The notes under the pieces: model-generated | What the model was told of the DNA's origin: nothing | Databases searched by the model: none | What the model saw: only the letters and a program-made list of their open reading frames with translations | From: an uncultured delta proteobacterium | Lineage (GTDB): Bacteria; Desulfobacterota; Syntrophia; Syntrophales; Smithellaceae | Length of the DNA stretch: 64,000 nt | Direction: 5' to 3' | Assembly (NCBI GenBank): GCA_963753975.1 | Contig: CAVWEH010000001.1 | Span: 160,001 to 224,000, forward strand | Program-made: the position numbers and the translations under genes | Part shown: piece after piece, positions 19,524 to 29,859 of the stretch | Layout of the letters: each line of letters opens with the position of its first letter | Position numbering within the stretch: the stretch's first letter is position 1

Positions 19524-20324
19524 TCATTTTCCCTTAAAGTCCGGCGGCCTTTTTTCGATGAAGGCGGTGACTGCTTCTTTGAGATCATCCGAAGTCATCA
19601 GCACCATATTTTTTTGTATGGCCGAAGACATACCGTCTTTAACATTGGCGTACCGGCTATAGTTTAAAACTTCCTTTGTAGAGCGAATAGCCAGCGGTGC
19701 GTTTTGGGCAATCTCCGCCGCTAATTTTTTTGCGGCCGCCATCAGCGCATCCTTATCTTTATAAACGGCATTGATCAAGCCCCTTTTCTCCACTTCCCGC
19801 GCGGGATATTCGGCGGCGGTATAGGCCATTTGCCGGGCGAATCCCTGACCGACAATTAACGGCAATCTCTGGAGGACTCCCATATCGGCGACAAAACCGA
19901 TCGCCGCCTCTTTAAGGCAGAAGCTCGCGTCTTCCGAGCAAAGACGAATATCGCAGGCGGAGATTATATCCAGTCCGCCGCCGATACAGCGGCTGTGGAT
20001 AGCCGCGATAACCGGTTTGGGGCATTCTTCGATGGCATTGCAGCAATCGAATAAAGGCTGGGATCTTTCCACGGATTCGATCACACCTTTGGCTGTGCCG
20101 TGAAAACTGCCAGCGGCTTCTCTCAAATCGAGGCCGGCGCAAAAAATTCTAGCCTTGCTTTTGAGGACAATTACTCTTACATCGTCCATCATTCCCAGTT
20201 CTCTGAAAACATTCGCAATCTCGGAAGCAAATTCCAGAGACAAAGCATTCAGGCTTTCCACTCTGGCAAGCGTTACGTCCGCGACATAATTTTTTATTTC
20301 CAGTTCAATAAACTTATATTTCAT
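19524..20324 (-). CDS. Enoyl-CoA hydratase/crotonase family protein
   Basis: FCAGLDL, KPVIAAIH..CIGGG, ADMGVLQRLP; start at MKYKF after AGGAG. Confidence 0.92.
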   Translation of the reverse strand: MKYKFIELEIKNYVADVTLARVESLNALSLEFASEIANVFRELGMMDDVRVIVLKSKARIFCAGLDLREAAGSFHGTAKGVIESVERSQPLFDCCNAIEECPKPVIAAIHSRCIGGGLDIISACDIRLCSEDASFCLKEAAIGFVADMGVLQRLPLIVGQGFARQMAYTAAEYPAREVEKRGLINAVYKDKDALMAAAKKLAAEIAQNAPLAIRSTKEVLNYSRYANVKDGMSSAIQKNMVLMTSDDLKEAVTAFIEKRPPDFKGK

Positions 20325-20843
20325 ATATTCTCCTTCAGGGTGTTTTAGTCTCAATATGAATTTAATATTCTAAATTGTGCATTTTGTCCAATGAATATCT
20401 CATTTTCGGCGACCGCGCTTACTATAAAATATGTTGTATATTCAAATACCTAAACTGTGCAATGGCGCGGCTCCCCATTAAACAATAAAAAAATAGGACT
20501 GCCGGTCAAAATAGTTTGAATTCAAAAATTATTTTTGGTAGGGTGGAAACTACTTGGGACAAATGATTTATGCTGAGAAAAGCAAACTGTATCTTTTTGG
20601 TATTTGGTTCTATAAGGCTGTTCCCGTCCGGCATTGCTTGCGGAAAAAATCGTTTGACCCCCGTTTCGAGAATATTTGTATGCTTTAGTGAAAACTATTC
20701 CTGAATATTCCCGATGATAGTATCTTTCTCGTGAGATTATTTTCTTGCGAAAATATCTATTGCCCGGTGATGGATTTGCTTTTTCAGGGATTATTTTGGA
20801 CAAAAATGGCTATAAAATAAAAATCAAAGAAAGGATGGAAAAA

Positions 20844-21725
20844 ATGAAACTCGATGATGTGAAAAATGTATGTGTGGTTGGGGCCGGGAACATGGGCCAT
20901 CAGATTTCTCTTCTTTGCGCAATTTACGGCTTCAAAACAAAGTGTTCGGATGTCGTGCCGGAAATGCTCAAGAAGGCCGATAATTTTGTCAATAACTATC
21001 TTCCCGGTAGAGTCGAGAAAGGTAAATTAACAAAAGAACAGGCGGACTCGGCGCGGAAAAATATTTCTTTTACTTCCGACATGAAAGAAGCCGCTAAAGA
21101 CGCGGATTTTGTAATTGAAGCGGCTACGGAAGTCCTCAATCTGAAAAGAAAGATATTTGCCGATCTCGACAAATTTGCGCCTGCTCATGCCATTCTGGCG
21201 ACGAACAGCTCTTTTATCGTGAGCTCCCGCATCGCCGATGTTACCAAGCGGCCGGATAAAGTTCTGAACATGCACTTTTTCAATCCGGCGCTGGTGATGA
21301 AGCTGGTGGAAGTGGTCAGAGGTCCGCATGTTTCTGAGGAGAGCGCCAACCTTACGATGGATTTTTGCAAGAAATTGGAAAAGGTTCCGGTCCTCATTAA
21401 AAAGGAAGTAGATGGCTTCCTGCTCAACAGGATTTTCCGCGTGATTGCCAGAGAAGCCCTATGGATGCTGGATATGGGTGTTGCCTCCGCGGAAGATATT
21501 GATAAAGCCTGTGTTTACGGGGCAGGCCATCCGATGGGCCCCTTTCGGTTGAATGATTTAACCGGTATCGATCTTACCTACATCATGGGTATGGAAGGCT
21601 TCAGAAAATCAGGCAATCGCGACGATCTTCCCTCGCCAAGTGTTGTAGAACATTATGTTAAAGGTGAATACGGAGAGAAAACCGGCAAAGGCTGGTATGA
21701 ATACAAAAAACCGGAAAAGAAGTAG
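20844..21725 (+). CDS. 3-hydroxyacyl-CoA dehydrogenase
   Basis: GAGNMG, IEAATE, ATNSS, HFFNP, GHPMGPF; likely start MKLDDV. Confidence 0.93.
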   Translation: MKLDDVKNVCVVGAGNMGHQISLLCAIYGFKTKCSDVVPEMLKKADNFVNNYLPGRVEKGKLTKEQADSARKNISFTSDMKEAAKDADFVIEAATEVLNLKRKIFADLDKFAPAHAILATNSSFIVSSRIADVTKRPDKVLNMHFFNPALVMKLVEVVRGPHVSEESANLTMDFCKKLEKVPVLIKKEVDGFLLNRIFRVIAREALWMLDMGVASAEDIDKACVYGAGHPMGPFRLNDLTGIDLTYIMGMEGFRKSGNRDDLPSPSVVEHYVKGEYGEKTGKGWYEYKKPEKK

Positions 21726-21888
21726 ACCCATCGATACTGTAAAAAAATTGCGTTGGTATTATTTTGATTGGGTAAGAATGAGGAGAGCAAAAATGCCATC
21801 CTGATTCTCATCTCCAAGAATTATTTTCTGTTGGTTATTCGGGCATTTACCGATGATTTTGTGAAAAAATAAAAAAAAGAGGTGAAAT

Positions 21889-23097
21889 ATGAGTAACAGA
21901 GAAGTTGTATTTGTTGACGGAGTGCGGACGGCATTCGGTACTTTGGGGCGTACTCTAAGAAACATTCCGATGGAAGAATTGGGTGGTTTAGCCATTAAAG
22001 GACTGATGGCAAAAACCAAAATAGCGGAGAAGGGCACAGTGGACGCGGTTTTTTGCGGTTCGGCAATCGGCGCGACTTCTGCTCTTAACCCGGCACGTTG
22101 GGCGGCATTAGCCGGCGGACTTCCGGAGAGCACTTCGGCTTCCTACGTAGAGATGCAGTGCGGCTCGGCGATTGACAGCATGAATCATGCGGCATGGAGA
22201 ATACTTGCCAACCATGCGGATATCATGATCGCCGGCGGTATGGAATCTTATAGCCAGGCATGTGCCAAATTTTCCATGGCCACAGAGCCGTATCGGATGA
22301 TCCCGCCCTTCCCCATTGCGCCATCCCTTTCGCCTACCAAGGATCCGGCAACCATGAATATGGGGTTGACGGCGGAGGCTCTGCAGAAGATGTACAATAT
22401 ATCGCGTCAGGCGCAGGATGAATTTGGCCTGCGCAGCCAGGTTTTGGCGAAAAAGGCCATTGATGCGGGATATTTTGTTGAGGAGATTGTTCCTGTCATG
22501 GTCCCTCAAGGAAAAAAGAATCCCCCTATAGAGTTCAAGGTTGATGAACATCCGCGGATGACGTCCATGGAGGCGTTATCGGCCTTACCGCCAGCCTTTA
22601 TAAAGGATGGAACTGTCACTGCCGGAAATGCTTCCGGCCGCAATGACGGCGCTGCCTTTGTTCTGATGATGACCATGGAAAAAGCCAAAGCACTGGGCTA
22701 TAAGCCGATGGCGAAGTGGCTGGCCGGCGGCGATTACGGTGTCGATCCCAAAATCATGGGAATTGCTCCCGCCTACGCCATGCCTTTAGCTTTGAAGCGA
22801 GCCGGTTTGAAGCTTTCCGGCATGGACGTAATGGAATGTAACGAGGCATTTGCCGTGCAGAACCTGGCAGTTATCAAAGAACTCGAAAAGCAAACCGGGG
22901 AAAAGATTAATATGGACAAGTGGAATCCCAATGGCGGCGCCATCGCCTTTGGACATCCCAACGGAGCCTCGGGAGCGCGCATTTGCATAGGCACGATGAA
23001 AGAACTCATCCGCAAGGGCGGTAAGTACGGTATTTTCAGCTCTTGCTGCGGCGGCGGCTTGGGCGTAGCAACGGTTATTGAAAATTTGCAGAAATAA
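21889..23097 (+). CDS. Thiolase (acetyl-CoA C-acyltransferase)
   Basis: Catalytic Cys (QCGSA), NEAF, GHPNGASG, CCGGGLG. Confidence 0.93.
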   Translation: MSNREVVFVDGVRTAFGTLGRTLRNIPMEELGGLAIKGLMAKTKIAEKGTVDAVFCGSAIGATSALNPARWAALAGGLPESTSASYVEMQCGSAIDSMNHAAWRILANHADIMIAGGMESYSQACAKFSMATEPYRMIPPFPIAPSLSPTKDPATMNMGLTAEALQKMYNISRQAQDEFGLRSQVLAKKAIDAGYFVEEIVPVMVPQGKKNPPIEFKVDEHPRMTSMEALSALPPAFIKDGTVTAGNASGRNDGAAFVLMMTMEKAKALGYKPMAKWLAGGDYGVDPKIMGIAPAYAMPLALKRAGLKLSGMDVMECNEAFAVQNLAVIKELEKQTGEKINMDKWNPNGGAIAFGHPNGASGARICIGTMKELIRKGGKYGIFSSCCGGGLGVATVIENLQK

Positions 23098-23168
23098 AAA
23101 ATTGCAAATAGTTGTTAATTATTTTTGCGCTTGTGAAAACATACGCATTACAAAGTGGCTGTGTTTCC

Positions 23169-23203
23169 AATATCTCCGTGGCGTTGTCAGCCACGGAGAT
23201 ATT
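23169..23203. terminator. 14-bp stem hairpin between convergent genes
   Basis: AATATCTCCGTGGC-GTTGTCA-GCCACGGAGATATT. Confidence 0.65.
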
Positions 23204-23291
23204 ATTATAAATTGCCGAAAATCAATGGTAACAAGCAGTAGCTTAGAAACAAGGGAGAAAAATTGCGGAAAATAATTAAGTGTCCCCGGAA

Positions 23292-23672
23292 TTACACGCG
23301 GTTCTCCTCGCCCAGGGCTTTTCTTATTTTACTTAGCAGATAATCAGTGTCGAACGGTTTTACAATGTAATCTGCCGCACCCATCTCCAGCGCTTTTTGC
23401 TTGACCTCTGATTTAGCTACACCGGTAATAAAAATTACAGGGGTTATGGCGGTCACCGCGGATATTTTTAAATTCTCAAAGATATGTATGCCACTACGTA
23501 CGGGCATCATGATATCTAAAAGAATTAAATCGGGTTTTTCTTTATGGGCTGCTGCTATGGTCTGCATTCCATCAAAAGCTACGATAACCTCATACTTATT
23601 ATCCTTTAGTACAGAAGTAAGAAATGATACGGAATCTTGATCATCATCTGCAATCAGTATTTTTTTCGGCAT
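23292..23672 (-). CDS. Single-domain response regulator
   Basis: IADDD, PDLILLDIMMP, FIT, KPF. Confidence 0.92.
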   Translation of the reverse strand: MPKKILIADDDQDSVSFLTSVLKDNKYEVIVAFDGMQTIAAAHKEKPDLILLDIMMPVRSGIHIFENLKISAVTAITPVIFITGVAKSEVKQKALEMGAADYIVKPFDTDYLLSKIRKALGEENRV

Positions 23673-24120
23673 AATTTGTTGTTCCTTCCTATTTCAATAG
23701 CATGATTCATCTGCCAATAGCAGAAAGATCATGTTCTGCCTGATAATTATCAAAGGTAGCCTTTGGGATTAGGATAGTTGGCAGCAGCTTTGGCAGCATG
23801 GAGATGTCCTGATGTTTATTGCTCAGGCCATAGATAAATTTTCCTACGAGGGCTTACCTTAAAACCTTAATCTTTAGTGTGGATATTATAACAAAATAAA
23901 AACCCCCGTCAACATAAGAAAAAATAATTGTAAAAAGCTAATAAAATGGCCGCTGGAGAAGTCATTAGCACATGGTAACAGCTGAGACGGATGGAGTAAA
24001 GTTTCTTGGCAATTTTCAGGAAAAGCTTTAAAGGATCGCTGGGAGTCTGGGCGTAGTAGAAGATGATGATGGTTGTATTCTGCTGCAGAGAGGAATAGCT
24101 TAAAAATTCAATGGTATATG

Positions 24121-24155
24121 AAAAAGGCCACGGGGCAAATCCCATGGCCTTTTTT
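24121..24155. terminator. Intrinsic terminator
   Basis: AAAAAGGCCACGGG-GCAAAT-CCCATGGCCTTTTTT downstream of the beta-barrel gene. Confidence 0.7.
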
Positions 24156-24239
24156 GCAGCTCTTAAAGATTGTTACTTAATTCATTCGGCGGCCGTAGCG
24201 CCTATCCGGCCAATTACTTGTCCTGCAAAAACCAATACC

Positions 24240-25088
24240 CTAGAATGAAAATAGAATTCCTGCATTAATGCCATACTTATTAGTTCTGCTTGACGGCTCA
24301 TAAAAACCCGTAGCAGCATCGACATCGCTCGCGCCAAATGAACTGTATTCGTACCAAGGTGTTACTGAAATTCCGAAATTATTTGTGAATTTATAAGTCA
24401 CGGGAATTTCCGCATAGAAACCGATTCGGTTGCCTAAAGTGAAATCCGTATCAGGACCTCCTATGTATGAAAGATAAGCAGTCAATGTGCCCCAGAACAT
24501 AAAATTGGCCGCGGCAGAAGCGGCTATATTCAATTTTTCCGTTATGTTATAATCAGCTTTGATTCCCACGGGAATGTAGAACCATTTATACACTTCTTGA
24601 AATTGGACCGTACCACCGGACTCCGGAATAATCCTGTTATCACCCCGTTCCCAGTATTGGTAACCGCAGCCCAGATATGGAATTAACAGGAAGCCCTTGG
24701 CTATGGGTATGGCGTAGCCGATATTTGTTTCAAATTTGAGCATCCTGGCGGATTCATCCGTAAACTTTAGCGGCGTACCGGAGGGCTGAGTTGAACCGTC
24801 ATAGGTTATATCGGCGGTAGCATAGCTTAAAAATACTTTTGCATATATTGATGACTTCTTTTTGAAAGTATAATCCAAATATATGCCCGGCAGCCATCCG
24901 TATTCCGTACTTTTGTCCGGCATGACCAAATCTTCTTTGTAGTCAAAATAATAGTAAGTCATACCTATCTGTATAGTTGAAGGCTTTTCCACAGGTGTCG
25001 CGTTTTCCGCCATTGACGGGGTGCTGCAAAAAAGAAAAAGTGCGAAAAATAAATTAAAACCAAGAATAACGTTCAATGTTTTTTTCAT
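24240..25088 (-). CDS. Outer-membrane beta-barrel protein
   Basis: Signal peptide, aromatic/Gly-rich alternating strands, C-terminal Phe. Confidence 0.75.
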   Translation of the reverse strand: MKKTLNVILGFNLFFALFLFCSTPSMAENATPVEKPSTIQIGMTYYYFDYKEDLVMPDKSTEYGWLPGIYLDYTFKKKSSIYAKVFLSYATADITYDGSTQPSGTPLKFTDESARMLKFETNIGYAIPIAKGFLLIPYLGCGYQYWERGDNRIIPESGGTVQFQEVYKWFYIPVGIKADYNITEKLNIAASAAANFMFWGTLTAYLSYIGGPDTDFTLGNRIGFYAEIPVTYKFTNNFGISVTPWYEYSSFGASDVDAATGFYEPSSRTNKYGINAGILFSF

Positions 25089-25255
25089 AATGCAATGATC
25101 CCCCCTCTCTCTATTTTTTTCCTCTATCCGAGGAATTTTTACCGAATTTTTTTAAGATAACTAAAAGCATAATTTTTTTCTTTATATTTTAAAACTTGTC
25201 TGCTGACATTTAAGTTAATTATCGCAATATTTGTCCGGTGCGTCAACCTATTTCC

Positions 25256-25907
25256 TCATGATTTTTTATAGAGAGAGTTTTTAGCGATGTATTGGCGGAC
25301 TTTATCCGGCGTAAGATATCTTACGGATTTATCCGCTTTGATCATCTCTTTCATCCGGGATGAAGAAATGTCCAAAAAGCTTACGTGACGGAAATATATC
25401 GTGTGACCTGTGGGACCTTTAAATCCGTCAATTTTTTCATTGTAAGTAAATCGTGCGGCAAAGTCTTTCGGCAGGATACCGTCCAATTTCATATTCTCGT
25501 AGCCGGGACGTGTCATAACGGCAAAGTTGCACAACAGCAGAAGTTTTTCCCAGTCTTTCCACGTCGTAACGGCTTGGAAAGCATCCTGCCCGACGATGAA
25601 GTAAAGTTCCAAATTTTCCAGATACTTGTTTAATATATATTCCACTGTTTCTACGGAATATGATTTGCCGGCTTTTAAATTTTCCACGTCCGAAAAGGAA
25701 AAAGATAACATTACCTTCAATGGCCATCCGAATCATCTGCTCGCGATGGTAAAAAGAGGTGATTTCGGCTTCCAACTTATGCGGAGGCCGCGATGAAGGG
25801 ATAAAAATGATCCGGTTTAAATCAAAGATTTCCAGCATTTCTTCCGCGCCCGTAAATGTCCGAAATGAATCGGATCAAATGTTCCCCCCAATAAGTCCCC
25901 ATTTCAT
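25256..25907 (-). CDS. nadD: Nicotinate-nucleotide adenylyltransferase, broken by three single-base indels
   Basis: ATG overlaps the proA stop (ATGA); [32 protein letters not shown] lie in shifting frames. Confidence 0.85.
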
Positions 25908-27160
25908 GTTCGCACCTGTCCGTTGCCGTAAATTATAAATTTTGTTGTTGTCAATTCTTCCAGCCCCATCGGCCCGAAGGCATGAAGCTTGGTCGTGGAG
26001 ATGCCGATTTCTGCGCCTAATCCCAACTCAAAGCCATCGCTGAAACGTGTGGAGGCATTGACCAGCACGGTCGACGAATTGACCTCGTTTAAAAAGCGTT
26101 GAGAATTGTTATAGTCATTTGTTATTATGGACTCCGTATGTAGGGAACCGTATTTTTCAATATGAGCGATGGCTTCGTCAATACTATCCACGACCTTCAC
26201 CGCCAGAATCAAATCGAGATACTCGGCAAACCAGTCGTCTTCGGTCGCGGCCTCAATATTTTTTAAGATCGATCTTGCTTTTTCGCATCCCCTGAGGACG
26301 ACGCCGGCTTTTTGCAATTTAGAGGCTACCTGGGGCAAAAACTCACGGGCAATGTCTTTGTGCACCAGTAGAGTTTCCATAGCATTGCAAACACCCGGGC
26401 GTTGAACTTTGGCGTTGAAACAAATATTAACGGCCATATCCTCGTCGGCCTGCGCGTCCACAAAAATATGACAGACCCCTTTGTAGTGCTTGATTACGGG
26501 TATTTTGGATTGGTTAACTACGGCGCGAATCAATTCTTCTCCGCCGCGAGGAATTATCAAATCAATGTATTCATCCAATTGCAGCATTGCCGAGACAGCT
26601 TCACGGTCAGTCAGCCCAATAACTTGAATCGCCGCCGTGGGCAGGGAGTTTTTGCGCAAAACCTCTTGCAGGATTGTGGCTATTGCCAAATTGGAATTAA
26701 TTGCTTCGGAACCGCCCCGTAAAATTACCGCGTTTCCGGATTTGAGGCAAAGAGCGGAGGCATCGACAGTAACATTGGGGCGCGATTCGTAAATGATGCC
26801 GATAACTCCCAGGGGAATACGCATCCTGCCCACCAGAAGGCCGTTGGGACGGCGCCACATAGAAGTTACCTTGCCCACAGGATCGGGCAGACGTGCCACT
26901 TCCCTTAATCCTTGCACCATCGATTCAATCGTAGATTTTTCCAGACTGAGACGGTCAATCATGGCTGGGGGAAGTCCTGATTGCTTGGCTTGGGAAATAT
27001 CTTTGGAGTTTTCCGCCAGAAGGAAATCACGATTACGGTCAAGTTCAACTGCCATTTGCAAGAGAGCATTATTTTTGACCGCCGATGTCACACGGGAAAT
27101 GCTTCGTGCCGCTGCCAGTGCGTCCCGGGCGATTTGTTTCATTGAATTTTTTATATCCAT
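25904..27160 (-). CDS. proA: Gamma-glutamyl phosphate reductase
   Basis: [51 protein letters not shown]. Confidence 0.96.
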   Translation of the reverse strand: MDIKNSMKQIARDALAAARSISRVTSAVKNNALLQMAVELDRNRDFLLAENSKDISQAKQSGLPPAMIDRLSLEKSTIESMVQGLREVARLPDPVGKVTSMWRRPNGLLVGRMRIPLGVIGIIYESRPNVTVDASALCLKSGNAVILRGGSEAINSNLAIATILQEVLRKNSLPTAAIQVIGLTDREAVSAMLQLDEYIDLIIPRGGEELIRAVVNQSKIPVIKHYKGVCHIFVDAQADEDMAVNICFNAKVQRPGVCNAMETLLVHKDIAREFLPQVASKLQKAGVVLRGCEKARSILKNIEAATEDDWFAEYLDLILAVKVVDSIDEAIAHIEKYGSLHTESIITNDYNNSQRFLNEVNSSTVLVNASTRFSDGFELGLGAEIGISTTKLHAFGPMGLEELTTTKFIIYGNGQVRT

Positions 27161-27182
27161 GAAGTATCCTACCGCTTAAAAA

Positions 27183-27375
27183 ATCACGGGAACCCCCAAT
27201 TCAAGCTGCGGGGTCCCCTCCGCTTTGCGGGATTGTCCACCGCTTCCAAGCGGTATAATTCGACTTGCAAATTTCAGTTCACTGCGTTTCTGAAATTTGA
27301 GTCTCATTACAACTTGCCGATTCCGACGTGTGACCTTCAGGTTATATGCTTCACTTTCGGAATTGGAGTTTCGCA
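27183..27375 (-). repeat. Hairpin element family 1, copy C (with nested 72-bp module 27238-27309)
   Basis: Near-identical to 63841-63978 over most of its length; ends CCCGTGAT. Confidence 0.92.
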
Positions 27376-27538
27376 AATAAATATCTTGCATTTTTCCCAA
27401 TTATTGATAAAAGCCGCCTCATTTAATGAGGGTTGGGTAACTTTTTTATATATGATATAAGAAATTTGCCAATAATCAATAATTGTCTTAATTTACAGGA
27501 CAATAATTTTTGTGTCAAGACCTTTGCCGGGATAGAAA

Positions 27539-27650
27539 ATCACGGGTATGAAAACCCAAAGCAAGCTGCGGAATATTATACCCTCCGCTTTGCGGGATTG
27601 TTCAACTTGCCAATTCCGCTACGCTTCGCTTTCGAAATTGGAGTTTCACA
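27539..27650 (-). repeat. Hairpin element family 1, copy D (core form)
   Basis: Reverse complement TGTGAAACTCCAATTTCG..GCGAAGC..GGAATTGGCAAGTTGAACAATCCCGCAAAGCGGAGGGTAT...CATACCCGTGAT. Confidence 0.92.
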
Positions 27651-27657
27651 AATAAAC

Positions 27658-28725
27658 ATGAATAGGATAAGAGTTAAAGCTGGTGAGCGAGTTTACAAAA
27701 TTATCAAGGATGGCGGTTTTGATCTAAATTCCGTTTCGACGTATTATGGGGCGGCAGTAGGGCCAAGATGGTTGATTGCCAGTGGCTTTGATTTAACTCT
27801 CTTGAAAGGCGGATTTTTAGGCCGTTCCAGAGCAGTTAATTTGGTTGGTTCCTCTGCCGGAGCGTGGCGTTTCGCCGCCTGGCTACAACCGGAAGCTGCG
27901 CAATGTTATCAGAAACTTTTAAATGCCTATATAAATACAAGATACTTCCGAAAAGATAATCCTTCCAGCGTGTTGCAAAAAATTACCGGCCTCATTAATG
28001 AATATCTGGAAGACGACGCGTTGCCTTTTGCTTTAGCGAATAAAAGGTATCGTTTAGCCATAATTACCGCCCGGTCACGCGGTCTTGTTGCTTCAGAAAC
28101 TCAGTGGTTACAGAAAGTAGGTTTGGTAACTTGCTATTTATTTAATCGCCTCAGCCGCAATAATATTTACCATTTTGCGGAGAGGGTTGTATTTTATAAT
28201 TGTTCCATGCCGCCTCCCTTTTGTTTACAGCCGCAGTTCCGCGGCCGCTATGTAAGAATCAATGAAATCAATTTTAAGTACGCGGTAATGGCATCGGGAG
28301 CCATACCTCTTGTTGTTGCCGGCGTGCGCAACATTTATGGTGCTCCACGCGGCATTTACCGTGACGGCGGGCTCATTGATTATCATCTTACGCACCAATT
28401 TGCCGCTAAAGAAAACGAAACAGTGCTTTTCTTTCATCATCAGGAACGGATCATTCCGGGCTGGCTCGATAAAAATCTGATGCACCGTGTGCCGGACGAG
28501 GAAACATTAAGCAATGTCTTGATGGTATTTCCCACACAAAATTTTGTGGAAAAGCTTCCGGGTGAAAAAGTTCCCGAACGCGCTGATTTTCTCGCCTACC
28601 TTGATGATCAGGAAACAAGAATTAAAAATTGGTATAAAGCCGTGGAATTGTCTGCCCCGCTGGGCGAGGATTTTATAGAATTGGTGGAAAGCGGCAGGCT
28701 AAAGGACGTGGTCGAAAGACTCTAA
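27658..28725 (+). CDS. Patatin-like phospholipase family protein
   Basis: GSSAG nucleophile elbow, ASGAIP, DGG; upstream part of the listed ORF is repeat-derived. Confidence 0.8.
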   Translation: MNRIRVKAGERVYKIIKDGGFDLNSVSTYYGAAVGPRWLIASGFDLTLLKGGFLGRSRAVNLVGSSAGAWRFAAWLQPEAAQCYQKLLNAYINTRYFRKDNPSSVLQKITGLINEYLEDDALPFALANKRYRLAIITARSRGLVASETQWLQKVGLVTCYLFNRLSRNNIYHFAERVVFYNCSMPPPFCLQPQFRGRYVRINEINFKYAVMASGAIPLVVAGVRNIYGAPRGIYRDGGLIDYHLTHQFAAKENETVLFFHHQERIIPGWLDKNLMHRVPDEETLSNVLMVFPTQNFVEKLPGEKVPERADFLAYLDDQETRIKNWYKAVELSAPLGEDFIELVESGRLKDVVERL

Positions 28726-28748
28726 ACAAACTTGCCACCCCTCAAATA

Positions 28749-29675
28749 ATGGATTTATCAGATAGCGTTTTCGCACTCAAAGAAATATTCGAGGATTGCG
28801 TGCTTTGTCCCCGCCAGTGTCATGTCGACCGTACCAGAGGAGAATTAGGCTATTGCCGCCTGCCGGCGAAGATCGTTATGGATTGCGCGCTGGCGCATCA
28901 CGGCGAGGAGCCGCCGCTATCCGGGAAAAACGGTGCAGGTACTATCTTTTTTTCTTCGTGCAATTTGGGCTGCATCTATTGTCAAAATTATCAAATATCG
29001 CACAATACCTGCGGTAAAGAGCTCAGCGTAAGCCAAATGGCCGATGTAATGTTGGATTTGCAGGAACGTCATTGCCACAATATTGAGCCGGTGACACCGA
29101 CACCGCAAACGCCGCTAATTATGGATGCTCTTCTTCTAGCGCGTAACAGTGGGCTTACGATTCCTTTCGTCTATAATTGCGGTGGCTACGAAAATCCGGA
29201 AATTATCAAAATGCTTTCGGGCATGGTGGAAATTTATCTGCCGGATTTCAAATACGGCCTGGAAGAGGACGCCGTGGTATTTTCTTCGGCGCCGCGGTAT
29301 CCGCGATTTGCACTGGATTCTTTAAAAGAAATGGTGCGTCAGGTAGGCGACGATTTGGAGCTGGAAAATGATGTGGCGAAAAAAGGAGTAATTGTCCGCC
29401 ATTTGGTTTTGCCCGGCAGAATGGAAAACTCGAAAGAAGCTCTTAGGCTCATCAAAAAGGAAATATCCACATCGGTTCCCATAAGCCTCATGTCTCAGTA
29501 CACGCCTATGGACAAGGTACGTCAGCATCCGCTTTTGGGACGCCGAATCACAAAAAACGAGTACAAGCAAATTTTGGATTACGCGCTGAAATTAGGTTTT
29601 GAAAATCTTTTTGTTCAAGAAGTAAACAATTTCAAGCTAATTCCCGATTTTGACAGAGATAATCCCTTTGATTAA
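28749..29675 (+). CDS. PflX-like radical SAM protein
   Basis: CVLCPRQC, HHGEEPPLSG..G.GTIFF, CNLGCIYC, YLPDFKY, RHLVLPG. Confidence 0.9.
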   Translation: MDLSDSVFALKEIFEDCVLCPRQCHVDRTRGELGYCRLPAKIVMDCALAHHGEEPPLSGKNGAGTIFFSSCNLGCIYCQNYQISHNTCGKELSVSQMADVMLDLQERHCHNIEPVTPTPQTPLIMDALLLARNSGLTIPFVYNCGGYENPEIIKMLSGMVEIYLPDFKYGLEEDAVVFSSAPRYPRFALDSLKEMVRQVGDDLELENDVAKKGVIVRHLVLPGRMENSKEALRLIKKEISTSVPISLMSQYTPMDKVRQHPLLGRRITKNEYKQILDYALKLGFENLFVQEVNNFKLIPDFDRDNPFD

Positions 29676-29678
29676 TTG

Positions 29679-29803
29679 ATACCAATTCGCACTCATTCGT
29701 CTACCTTTGTTGGCATCGTCATCGGCTCCTCGACGTATTGTACTATACGACTGCGTCGCCTTTTCCTTGCCGCCTCGGTATACTTTTGACTGCACATTGG
29801 TAT
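29679..29803. repeat. Repeat family 2, MITE-like 125-bp element with terminal inverted repeats
   Basis: Ends ATACCAATTCGCA / TGCACATTGGTAT; core CTCCTCGACGTA..TACG.CTGCGTCGCC shared with the copies at 13.5 kb and 19.4 kb. Confidence 0.75.
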
Positions 29804-29859
29804 AAATTGCGTTTGAGTGGATAACGAAAAAATCAGCCGGAGTAAACGATCAGCTCTGT

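Noticed and set aside
23270..23292. AATAATTAAGTGTCCCC as a mobile-element end
   Set aside because: Single short occurrence; cannot be supported without a search.
27176..27657. ORFs 27176-27400, 27233-27460 and the N-terminal 75 aa of 27433-28725 (likewise 34594-34797 and 63804-63995)
   Set aside because: They are translations of the hairpin repeat, which is why peptides such as FESHYNLPIP recur; no independent coding evidence.
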